This document shows, piece by piece, positions 1 through 8,617 of a stretch of 64,000 nt of DNA. The DNA is taken from NCBI GenBank assembly GCA_021780535.1, contig JAJXYN010000012.1:5688-69687 (forward strand), read 5' to 3'. A model generated the notes under the pieces. The model did not search any database, was not told where the DNA came from, and saw only the letters and a list, made by a program, of their open reading frames with translations. Both the position numbers and the translations under genes were made by a program. Each line of letters starts with the position of its first letter. Position 1 is the stretch's first letter. The stretch is from a bacterium (GTDB lineage Bacteria; Patescibacteriota; Patescibacteriia; JAGPKW01).

Positions 1-175
1 TCAAATTTAATTTTATTTATATTTATGTTTATTTTTTGAAACTTTAAATTTAGGATGAGTGTGTGTTTTGAATTTCTTGTTGATAATTTGTTTAAAACAA
101 AATAAATTAAAATACAAAATAAGTCAAATAAATGTTAAAATATATATAACAAGTTTTTTCTTTTTGGAGGGAATT

Positions 176-589
176 ATGAACACTAATAATTTGTCTTCAA
201 GCAGAGTAGAAAGGTTTTATGGCCAAGAGGATTTTCGTTTATCAATGAAAAGTGATAAGGAATTGATTCTTAGACTTGGTTTTTCACCGCGAAGAGCTGA
301 TAGTCAAAGGGCGGAAAGTGATTATTTGGGTTGTTTTAATTTCTATTTGAATGAAGAAATAGAAAGATGTAAGAAAAACAATGAAAATCATCTTTTGAGT
401 TTATTGAAAAAGGCTTTAAGGGTTGTTGAATATATTTTTTTTAATAAAGGTTTATTTAAAGTAGTTCAATTTTCCTACAAACAAAGTTTAGAAATTGCTA
501 AACTTAAGCAAGCTGTTAGACTGATAATTCTTCAATACGTGGAGGTTAAGCTTTTTGGAAAATCTAATTTCGCAATGGCTACGGCTTAA
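176..589 (+). CDS. hypothetical protein (137 aa, SD-led islet gene)
   Basis: ORF track gives 59..589. Start moved to ATG 176 because GGAGGG lies 4 nt upstream. Followed by a terminator hairpin. Confidence 0.7.
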   Translation: MNTNNLSSSRVERFYGQEDFRLSMKSDKELILRLGFSPRRADSQRAESDYLGCFNFYLNEEIERCKKNNENHLLSLLKKALRVVEYIFFNKGLFKVVQFSYKQSLEIAKLKQAVRLIILQYVEVKLFGKSNFAMATA

Positions 590-609
590 TAACCGTGGAT
601 ACAATTTAT

Positions 610-646
610 AACCCACAACGCAAAAGGAAACGTTGATGGGTTTTTT
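610..646 (+). terminator. intrinsic terminator
   Basis: AACCCACAACG...CGTTGATGGGTT hairpin followed by a T-tract. Confidence 0.7.
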
Positions 647-785
647 ATTTTGTTTTATTTTTATTGTGTGTTGTGCGATTGATTAATAAAAAAATAGAAC
701 GCTTGTTCTATTTGGTATTTTGGTGCCCCCTACACTTCGTTCCGGGGATACTCAAATTTTTAAACTCATTTCATTCGTTAAAATT

Positions 786-863
786 TGGTGGATGTTAAGG
801 GATTCGAACCCCTGACCCTCTCGGTGTAAACGAGATGCTCTAAACCAACTGAGCTAAACATCC
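786..863 (-). tRNA. tRNA-Val(TAC)
   Basis: Reverse complement GGATGTTTAGCTCAG...TCTCG-TTTACAC-CGAGA...GTTCGAATCCC-TTAACATCCACCA; full cloverleaf with encoded CCA. Confidence 0.97.
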
Positions 864-961
864 AAGTAATTTATGAAAATAGTATATAAGATATTTTTTA
901 TTATTGCAAGTGGTGGAAAACGAAGTGTTTTGTAGTTTATTAAAATGATTTACTATAATTG

Positions 962-990
962 TTGACTATTTTTTTGAAGTCATGTAATAT
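962..990 (+). promoter_or_regulatory. sigma70-type promoter of the tRNA-like RNA
   Basis: TTGACT-17 bp-TAATAT, ending 14 nt upstream of the tRNA-like RNA. Confidence 0.65.
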
Positions 991-1004
991 GTTTTTTAAT
1001 TGAA

Positions 1005-1163
1005 GCCGTTATAGCTCAATTGGTAGAGCACGTCTTGTAATTTGTGGCCAATTTGCACCTTCTCTGCTTTCTTAGTCGCATGGGGAAGCTTGGAAGAACC
1101 CTCCTTTTGTGCTGGTTGACTACTTTTAGGACGAGGTTGGTGGTTCAAGTCCACTTAACGGCG
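1005..1163 (+). ncRNA. tRNA-Thr-like RNA with an 86-nt structured expansion of the anticodon loop (tRNA-like ncRNA or atypical intron-containing tRNA)
   Basis: Acceptor GCCGTTA/TAACGGC, D arm GCTC-AATTGGTA-GAGC, anticodon stem CGTCT/GGACG, variable AGGTT and T arm GGTGG-TTCAAGT-CCACT are all intact. 93 nt instead of 7 lie between positions 31 and 39. Confidence 0.85.
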
Positions 1164-1167
1164 AAAT

Positions 1168-1206
1168 AGGGTAATTGTAAAAAAATGCAATACCCTTCTT
1201 TTTTTT
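1168..1206 (+). terminator. intrinsic terminator after the tRNA-like RNA
   Basis: AGGGTA-ATTGTA...TGCAAT-ACCCT hairpin followed by TCTTTTTTTT. Confidence 0.7.
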
Positions 1207-1263
1207 AATGACAAACGTTATAAAACGTGTTAGTATTTTAATATAAAAATTAAAAATTATATC

Positions 1264-2784
1264 ATGATAAGAACTAGATTTGCCCCTAGTCCAACGGGTT
1301 TTTTGCATATTGGTGGTTTGAAAACCGCTCTTTTTGCATATTTATTTGCTAAAAAAAGTGATGGCAAATTTATTTTAAGAATTGAAGATACTGATCAAAA
1401 TAGATATGTTGAAGGTGGAATGGAACAAATTATTTGGTCTCTTAAATGGGCTGGTATTAATTATGATGAAGGTCCTGATGTTGGTGGAGAATATAAACCA
1501 TATATCCAATCAGAAAGAAGAGAAATTTATCAAAAATATATTAATGAATTATTAGATAAGGGTTTTGCTTATCGTTGTTTTTGTACAAATGAAAGATTGG
1601 AAGAAATGAGAAGGAAACAAGAAGAAAATAAAATGCCTCCTAAATATGATAAACATTGTTTAAGCTTATCAAAAGAAGAAATTGATCAGAAAGTTGCGAA
1701 TGGAGAAAAGTATGTTATCCGCATGAAGGCTCCAGATAATGAATGGATTAAGTTTAATGATTTGATAAAAGGGAAGATAGAATTTAATACAAAAGAACTT
1801 GATGATCAAGTTTTGATTAAATCTGATGGGCTTCCTACTTATCATTTTGCTGTTGTTGTTGACGATCACTTAATGAATATTTCCCATGTAATAAGAGCTG
1901 ATGAATGGGTTTCTTCTACCCCAAAACATATTTTATTGTATAAATATTTTGATTGGAAAGAGCCAGAATATGCTCATGTTCCACCAATACTTGCTCCTGG
2001 TGGGAAGAAAAAACTAAGTAAAAGAGAAGGTTCTGTTTCTGTTAATGAATTTGTTAATTTAGGCTACTTACCAGAGGGTATGATAAACTATTTAGTATTA
2101 TTAGGTTGGAACCCCGGGACTACTGAAGAAATTTTTACAATGGAAGAATTAATTGAAAAGTTTGATTTGAGTAAATGTCAGAAGGCTGGTGCGGTATTTG
2201 ATATTAAGAGATTAGAGTGGGTGAATGGGCAGCATATTAGGAAAATGGATACGATGATATTTAGAACAAAATTAATGGATTATATTATTCAAGATATTAA
2301 TAAACGCGCTAATAATGAGTCTTTTATTAAATTTGCTATTATTGAACAAGAGAGAATTAATAAGCTTTCTGAATATAAACAGGATTTTAATATTATTTAC
2401 AATTTTGATGAGTCTTATGATGGTGAATTAATTCTTAATGAAAAAATGGGTGCTGATAAAGTTAGTGCAGAACTTGCTTTTAATGAATCTATTAAACTTA
2501 TTGAATCTATTGATTTTGAAAAATTGAATTCTGAAGTTATTAAAACGGATAATTCTAAATTAATAGAACTGAAAAAATCTTACGAAGAGTTTATTAAAAA
2601 TAAATTTTTAGATTTAGTTAAGAATTTGAATATGAAAAATGGTCAAATTTTATGGCCAGTGAGATATGCTTTGACTGGTACTGATAAGTCTCCAACTATA
2701 TTTGAACTTGTTTGGATATTGGGTAAAGAAGAAAGTGTTAGAAGATTAAATATTGGAATAAAAAAAATAGAAGTTCTAGGTTAA
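1264..2784 (+). CDS. gltX: glutamate--tRNA ligase
   Basis: RTRFAPSPTGFLHIGG (HIGH motif), LRIEDTD, KKLSKR (KMSKS motif). Confidence 0.98.
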   Translation: MIRTRFAPSPTGFLHIGGLKTALFAYLFAKKSDGKFILRIEDTDQNRYVEGGMEQIIWSLKWAGINYDEGPDVGGEYKPYIQSERREIYQKYINELLDKGFAYRCFCTNERLEEMRRKQEENKMPPKYDKHCLSLSKEEIDQKVANGEKYVIRMKAPDNEWIKFNDLIKGKIEFNTKELDDQVLIKSDGLPTYHFAVVVDDHLMNISHVIRADEWVSSTPKHILLYKYFDWKEPEYAHVPPILAPGGKKKLSKREGSVSVNEFVNLGYLPEGMINYLVLLGWNPGTTEEIFTMEELIEKFDLSKCQKAGAVFDIKRLEWVNGQHIRKMDTMIFRTKLMDYIIQDINKRANNESFIKFAIIEQERINKLSEYKQDFNIIYNFDESYDGELILNEKMGADKVSAELAFNESIKLIESIDFEKLNSEVIKTDNSKLIELKKSYEEFIKNKFLDLVKNLNMKNGQILWPVRYALTGTDKSPTIFELVWILGKEESVRRLNIGIKKIEVLG

Positions 2785-2901
2785 AGCTTAGAACTTTTTT
2801 TAGTTTAAATATTAATTTATAAAAAAGCCACTATTCTGCTATTGCAGTTTAGTGGCTGAATACTAGAATCATGTTCATTGTCGTTCTTCCTTCTATTTTT
2901 T

Positions 2902-3120
2902 CTAGTTTGTGATGTTTTGGATATTGTTTTTTGATATTTGCGTTTCTGGTGATGGTTTTAAAAAGTTCATAACTACTGTTTTGTTAAGCAATATACAATC
3001 AAAATCGGCATTCAAATAATCGCATATTCTTACACTTGTTCCATGTCTTGTAAAAAATTCTTTTATTACTATTATGTCGCAAAAACTTTTTGTTTTTGAA
3101 TCAAGAATGACGCATTTCAT
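2902..3120 (-). CDS. hypothetical protein (72 aa, SD-led islet gene)
   Basis: ORF track gives 2902..3162. AAGGAGG lies 8 nt before ATG at 3120 (MKCVILD...). Terminator AGCCACTA...TAGTGGCT-TTTTT at about 2821-2857. Confidence 0.6.
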   Translation of the reverse strand: MKCVILDSKTKSFCDIIVIKEFFTRHGTSVRICDYLNADFDCILLNKTVVMNFLKPSPETQISKNNIQNITN

Positions 3121-3273
3121 TTCATTTGCCTCCTTGATTGATTTTGCTTTTAAAATATACATTATAATTAAATTGTTTACAAGAATATTATTAAACCTTA
3201 TGTTTTATGTTTATTGACTAACTTTATTAAAAGTGGTATAATATTTATACATTTTAGGAAAGGAGGTTCCGTT

Positions 3274-3756
3274 ATGAAGATCATGTGTGACTATGATGGA
3301 ACCTTCATGGTTCCTGAAGGTCAGAGATCAACGGAAAGTATTTTGCATTTTCCGTTGGTTCGTATGACTGTTGCTTTTTTATCATGGTTTAAAATATTCT
3401 CCTCTGTTGCTAGTAGGAGATTTATTCCAAATCATGATTTAATAGCACGAATAAACAGAGAAACCGAATGGGGGACTGTTTCTTTGTTCTTTGTATCTGG
3501 AAGAGGTAGTAAAAATATGCCCGATATGATTAAACATATTTCTGCTACGGATCTTGATTTTGATAAAATCAAGATCACTATTATTCTCCGTGATAATATT
3601 TTTGAACGTCATTCTGAGTTCAAAAAGAAAATTGCAGAGAAGATAGCCCCGGACGTGATACTGGAGGATTGTCACTATTACAGGAAAGCTATGGCATCTG
3701 TAGCTAGTGAGAAGACTCTAATATTGAGCCCAAACTGGCGCATAATGGCCAGATAA
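3274..3756 (+). CDS. HAD-superfamily phosphatase-like protein
   Basis: AAAGGAGGT SD before ATG 3274; motif I KIMCDYDGT, motif II VSGR, Lys, motif IV LED; promoter TTGACT-17-TATAAT; terminator 3759-3786. Confidence 0.75.
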   Translation: MKIMCDYDGTFMVPEGQRSTESILHFPLVRMTVAFLSWFKIFSSVASRRFIPNHDLIARINRETEWGTVSLFFVSGRGSKNMPDMIKHISATDLDFDKIKITIILRDNIFERHSEFKKKIAEKIAPDVILEDCHYYRKAMASVASEKTLILSPNWRIMAR

Positions 3757-3790
3757 GTCCGTTGTTGTAATGACAACGGCTTTTTTAATT

Positions 3791-5803
3791 TTATCTTTTT
3801 TTCTTGTTTAATTGTTCTTCTAATTCTTCTATTTTATCTCTTAATTCTGCTGCTTTTTCAAACGCTAAAGCGGATGCATATTCTTCCATTTCTAAATTTA
3901 ATTGTTCTATCATGTATTTTATGTCTGCTTTGTTTATTTTATTTATGTTTATTTCTTGGTTTTTTGCTATATCTTCGGCACTGACAAATGCATTAAACAT
4001 AGAATCTCCGATTTCTTTTTGAATTGTTGTTGGGGTTATCCCGTACTTTTTATTGTGTTCTTCTTGTATTTTCCTTCTTCTATTTGTTTCTTTTATGGCA
4101 AAATTCATAGAATCTGTTATTTTGTCTGCATACATTATTACTTTACCATTTTGGTGACGAGCAGCTCTTCCTATTGTTTGTATTAGGGAAGTTTTTGATC
4201 TTAAAAAACCTTCTTTATCAGCATCTATTATTCCTATTAATGATACTTCTGGTAAATCCAAACCTTCTCTAAGTAAGTTAACACCTATAAGGCAATCATA
4301 TTTTCCTTGTCTTAGTTTTTTTAATATATCTAACCTTTCCATTGTTTTTATTTCTGAATGAAGATATGTTGTTTTAACCCCAAGATCCAAAAGATAATCA
4401 GCTAGATCTTCTGCTGTTTTTTTTGTTAATGTTGTAACAAGTGTTCTCTCGTGATTTATTGTTCTTTTTTCTATTTCTTTTGCAATATCTTCAACCTGAA
4501 TATTGGTAGGCCTTATTTCTATTATTGGATCTAATAATCCAGTTGGACGTATTATTTGTTCTGCAATTTTTCTTTTTGTTTTGTTAGAATCAAAACATTT
4601 CTCAAGCTCTTCTGGCCCTGGTGTTGCAGACATAAATACCATTTGTGGTATTTTTTGATCAAATTCCTCTTTTTTAAGTGGTCTATTATCAAAAGCAGCA
4701 GGTAATCTAAACCCAAAATCTATAAGATTTTTTTTTCTAGCATAATCGCCATTGTACATAGCCCTTATTTGTGGGAGAGTAATATGAGATTCATCCATAA
4801 CCATAAGAAAATCATCACCAAAATAGTCTATAAGTGTATATGGCATTGTGCCTGGTTTTCTTCCATCTATGTATCTACTGTAATTTTCAATACCACTACA
4901 AAATCCGGTTTCTCTCATCATTTCTAAATCATATCTAACTCTTTGTTCTATTCTTTCAGCTTCAAGTGGCTTATTGTTTTGTCTAAAATATTCTAGTTGT
5001 AGTTCTAAATCTTGTTCTATTTGTTTTATAATAGGTTCCATCTTTGATTTTTCTGTAACATGATGTGTCGCAGGTGGAATTTGAAAAGTATTTAAAATTT
5101 CTAATGTTTTTCTTGTTAATGTTGTTATTACTGAAATTTTTTCTATTTCATTTCCAAAAAATTCTATTTTTATTATATTATTTTTAGAATTAGCAGGGAA
5201 AACTTCAAGTACGTCTCCAGATATTCTAAACATACCCCTTGTTAATTCTGTGTCATTTCTTTCATATTGTATTGATACTAGCTTGTGAGCTATGTCTTTT
5301 ATACTTATTTCTTCGCCTTTGTTTATAGTTATAAATTGCTTTAATAATTCTTCCGGTTTTCCTAAGCCGTAAATACAAGAAACTGATGCAACTATAATTA
5401 CATCCTTTCTTGTTAGTAGGGAAGTTGTAGCCTCAAATCTTAAACGGTCTATTTCCTCATTTATTTGAGTTTCTTTGGCTATATATGTATCACTTGTTGG
5501 TAAATAACTTTCTGGTTGATAATAGTCATAATATGAAACAAAATAATGTACAGCATTATTTGGAAAAAATGATTGGAATTCTTGAGCTAGCTGCGCTGCT
5601 AATGTTTTGTTATGTGATATTACTAATGTTGGTTTATTAACTTTATTAATAATATTTGCAATGGTGAATGTTTTTCCGGTTCCTGTTGCACCAAGTAGTG
5701 TTGAGAATTTTTCACCTTTCTCTAGCCAATTATAAAGTTTATCAATGGCTTGTGACTGATCGTCGTTTGGAGAAAATTTGGATTGTAAATCAAATTTATT
5801 CAT
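3791..5803 (-). CDS. uvrB: excinuclease ABC subunit B
   Basis: GATGTGKTFT, YYDYYQPE, DESH, C-terminal UVR domain. Confidence 0.98.
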   Translation of the reverse strand: MNKFDLQSKFSPNDDQSQAIDKLYNWLEKGEKFSTLLGATGTGKTFTIANIINKVNKPTLVISHNKTLAAQLAQEFQSFFPNNAVHYFVSYYDYYQPESYLPTSDTYIAKETQINEEIDRLRFEATTSLLTRKDVIIVASVSCIYGLGKPEELLKQFITINKGEEISIKDIAHKLVSIQYERNDTELTRGMFRISGDVLEVFPANSKNNIIKIEFFGNEIEKISVITTLTRKTLEILNTFQIPPATHHVTEKSKMEPIIKQIEQDLELQLEYFRQNNKPLEAERIEQRVRYDLEMMRETGFCSGIENYSRYIDGRKPGTMPYTLIDYFGDDFLMVMDESHITLPQIRAMYNGDYARKKNLIDFGFRLPAAFDNRPLKKEEFDQKIPQMVFMSATPGPEELEKCFDSNKTKRKIAEQIIRPTGLLDPIIEIRPTNIQVEDIAKEIEKRTINHERTLVTTLTKKTAEDLADYLLDLGVKTTYLHSEIKTMERLDILKKLRQGKYDCLIGVNLLREGLDLPEVSLIGIIDADKEGFLRSKTSLIQTIGRAARHQNGKVIMYADKITDSMNFAIKETNRRRKIQEEHNKKYGITPTTIQKEIGDSMFNAFVSAEDIAKNQEININKINKADIKYMIEQLNLEMEEYASALAFEKAAELRDKIEELEEQLNKKKR

Positions 5804-5970
5804 ATTATATATATTCTAGTAAATAAATTAATAACAATTAGCTAAGTTTATTAACTATTTTATAATATACAGTACTTGTTTTTATTATTCAATTTGACAA
5901 AATTTAAAAAATAACGTTAAATATAAACAAAATTTGAGAGGGTTCACTTTTTAGGTTAAAGGAGCTTAAA

Positions 5971-6330
5971 ATGGTAGCAATTGGAGATCTTCAAGCGTGG
6001 AATTATAAAAATGTTTCAATTTTGCTTGATGTCTATTATTATTACCCTGAACATAGTGGGGTTATTTTTAGGATTGAAAATGGAAAAATAGATTTTTCTT
6101 TTATTGAAGAATTATTTATCATTGAAAATCCGTCTAAACATCAGACATTATTTTTCCCTTTGAATCATCTTGGAGTAATATATAATGGCAATTTTTCTTT
6201 TAAAATAGTAAATGCTTATGTGGCATCTGCTATTAAAAAAATATTTTCTGAACAAGATTTACATGATTTTGTCAAAAAATTTGAAATTTCTGTTAATGAA
6301 ACCATTATAAAAAGACTTCCTATGACCTAA
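5971..6330 (+). CDS. hypothetical protein (SD-led islet gene)
   Basis: AAAGGAG before ATG; TTGACA upstream; terminator GCGTGGA-TTTG-TCCACGC plus T-tract at 6340-6364. Confidence 0.7.
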   Translation: MVAIGDLQAWNYKNVSILLDVYYYYPEHSGVIFRIENGKIDFSFIEELFIIENPSKHQTLFFPLNHLGVIYNGNFSFKIVNAYVASAIKKIFSEQDLHDFVKKFEISVNETIIKRLPMT

Positions 6331-6424
6331 GATAATTATGCGTGGATTTGTCCACGCTTTTTTTGTAATATTATTTTAATTATTAAAAAAATAATCATGA
6401 AATTAATCATAATTATTTTTTTTA

Positions 6425-8428
6425 TTATACTTCTAATATTACTGGTAATATCATCGGTGTTCTATGTGTTTTTTTGTATATGAATTTACCTATTTCATCT
6501 CTCATCTTTTCTTTTACATATCCATCATCTAATTGAGAACCTGGATCTCTATCTAATGTTAAACAACCTATAACCTTACTTCTTATTTCTTCTACTAATT
6601 TTTTATTAGCATTCATATATATAAAACCTCTTGATATTATGTCTGGATTTGCTACTAATTTACCAGTTTTTCTATCTACTGTTGAGATTATAACAAGCAT
6701 TCCATGTTCTGACATTTGTTTTCTATCTCTTATGACTATACCAGAAACATCTCCTATACCAAGTCCGTCAACATATATATCATTCATTTGTAATTTTTCT
6801 CCTGTTAATTTTGCAGTTCTATTTTGATCAAATTCTATTATCTCGCCATCTTTAGATATTAGTACATTTTCTTTTGGCATTCCTATACTTCTTGCTACTT
6901 CAGCATTCATTTGAATATGAGTATGAGTACCATATATTGGAATGTAATATTTTGGATTAATAAGCTTTAATAATAATTTAATATCTTCTTGTTTTGCATG
7001 TCCACCAGCATGTACATCCATCATGTGATAATTTATAATATTTGCGTGGTTAAGGTAAAGACTATCTCTAAGTTTTGCAACAGATCTTTCATTCCCCGGG
7101 ATTATAGAAGAAGAGAAAATAACAGTGTCGCCAGGAATTATTTTTATAGATTTGTGATCATTGTTTGCTATCCTATAAAGAACGGCATTGTCTTCTCCTT
7201 GGGCTCCTGTACAGGCTACTATTATTTTATCATCTGGATAATTTTTCATATCCTTATATTCAATAATAGTTTTTGGATTAAATTTTAAATATCCTAGTTC
7301 GTGAGCTATGTCAACATTTGCTTTCATTGATCTTCCGTCTATAATAACTTTTTTACCTAATTGTTCGGCTACTGAAATTATATGATATATACGAGAAAGA
7401 AGGGAAGCGAATGTTCCTATAATTATTCTCCCTGGAGCTTGTTTGAATACTATTTCAAGAGTTTTTCTTACTTCCATTTCTGACATTTGATGTCCTTTTT
7501 GGTCTGCGTTTGTACTATCTCCAAAAACTGCTAAAACATTTTTATGATATAAATCTGCTATTTTATATAATTCTGTTTGCATAAAATCTACTGGATTTAA
7601 ATCAAACTTCCAGTCTCCTGTGTGAACTATAACCCCTATGGGCGTTTCTATGACAGCCATAACACTGTCTGGGATAGAATGAGAAACTCTTATAAAGTTT
7701 AATTTATATATACCTAATTGCAATGTATCATCTATTCCTACTTCTATAAATCTTGGTTTTGCTCTTGTTTGAAATTCTTCTTGTCTTTTTTTAATAACTC
7801 CTATAGTAAGTTTAAGTCCAAATATTGGAGGATTTCCTAATTTATCTAATAAATGAGGGATAGCTCCTATGTGATCATAATGTCCATGAGTTATAAAAAC
7901 ACCTTTAATGTTTTTTTCTAATCCTTCAAGACAAGATATGTCTGGGATTATATAATCAACTCCTAATAACTCTTCGTCTGGGAATTGAAGCCCCATATCT
8001 ACTATTAAAATATCATCATTGTATTTGAACCCCATCATGTTACTTCCAACTTCTTCAAGACCACCAAAGGCAAATACAATAAGCTTATCTTTTGGTGTTT
8101 TTTTAAGATCATATAATCTTGGGGCTTCTTCTCTATTTTTAAACATTCTTCCTATTTTTCTTTTTTCATAAGATTTAACTTCCCCTATAACTGTATTACC
8201 GTTTTTATCTGTTTGTGGTCTTACTGCTTGTGGTTTTGTATGATATGGTCTTGCCATTCTATCATCTCTCTTAAAAAATGTTTTTTTCTCATATGGTCTA
8301 TGAGGTCTTTTTGTTTCGTTCTCTGGAATTTGTCCTATATTTTCTATAACCAAATCCAAATTATCTTTTTGATTTTTTTCGATATTCTCTATTGTTTCAG
8401 GAATATCTGATTTTTCTTCTAAATCCAT
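6425..8428 (-). CDS. rnj: ribonuclease J
   Basis: GGLEEVGSNM, THGHYDHIG, HTGDWK, TGAQGE, HAGGHA; about 110-aa N-terminal extension. Confidence 0.95.
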   Translation of the reverse strand: MDLEEKSDIPETIENIEKNQKDNLDLVIENIGQIPENETKRPHRPYEKKTFFKRDDRMARPYHTKPQAVRPQTDKNGNTVIGEVKSYEKRKIGRMFKNREEAPRLYDLKKTPKDKLIVFAFGGLEEVGSNMMGFKYNDDILIVDMGLQFPDEELLGVDYIIPDISCLEGLEKNIKGVFITHGHYDHIGAIPHLLDKLGNPPIFGLKLTIGVIKKRQEEFQTRAKPRFIEVGIDDTLQLGIYKLNFIRVSHSIPDSVMAVIETPIGVIVHTGDWKFDLNPVDFMQTELYKIADLYHKNVLAVFGDSTNADQKGHQMSEMEVRKTLEIVFKQAPGRIIIGTFASLLSRIYHIISVAEQLGKKVIIDGRSMKANVDIAHELGYLKFNPKTIIEYKDMKNYPDDKIIVACTGAQGEDNAVLYRIANNDHKSIKIIPGDTVIFSSSIIPGNERSVAKLRDSLYLNHANIINYHMMDVHAGGHAKQEDIKLLLKLINPKYYIPIYGTHTHIQMNAEVARSIGMPKENVLISKDGEIIEFDQNRTAKLTGEKLQMNDIYVDGLGIGDVSGIVIRDRKQMSEHGMLVIISTVDRKTGKLVANPDIISRGFIYMNANKKLVEEIRSKVIGCLTLDRDPGSQLDDGYVKEKMRDEIGKFIYKKTHRTPMILPVILEV

Positions 8429-8617
8429 AATATATATGTGTTTATTAATTAAATTATGTTTACATTGTTTAAATCAAGGTAAAAGTTGAAATATAAAAAT
8501 ATTCAAAAGTAGAAAAAAGAACTTTCTATATTTCTATATTTCTATATTTTAACCTAAAAAGAGTTTAAACATTGAATTATGAATAATAGCCTAAAAACTA
8601 TTATTCACGTTCATTAT

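Noticed and set aside
1016-1081. Minus-strand 21-codon ORF (MRLRKQRRCK...) behind AAAAGGAGGG within the tRNA-like insert
   Set aside because: SD-to-ATG spacing is about 17 nt and it is antisense to an intact tRNA body. The G:U pairs, promoter and terminator all favour a + strand RNA.
1077-1108. Resemblance of GGGGAAGCT...CCTCCTTT to the 16S rRNA 3' end (helix 45 plus anti-SD)
   Set aside because: The similarity is short and gapped, and helix 45 pairing is not reproduced. Not supportable without an alignment to this genome's 16S.
1036-1128. Group I intron or T-box/gltX leader interpretation of the insert
   Set aside because: Too short, with no recognisable group I core or terminal G at a usable junction. 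No T-box motif, and a terminator separates it from gltX.
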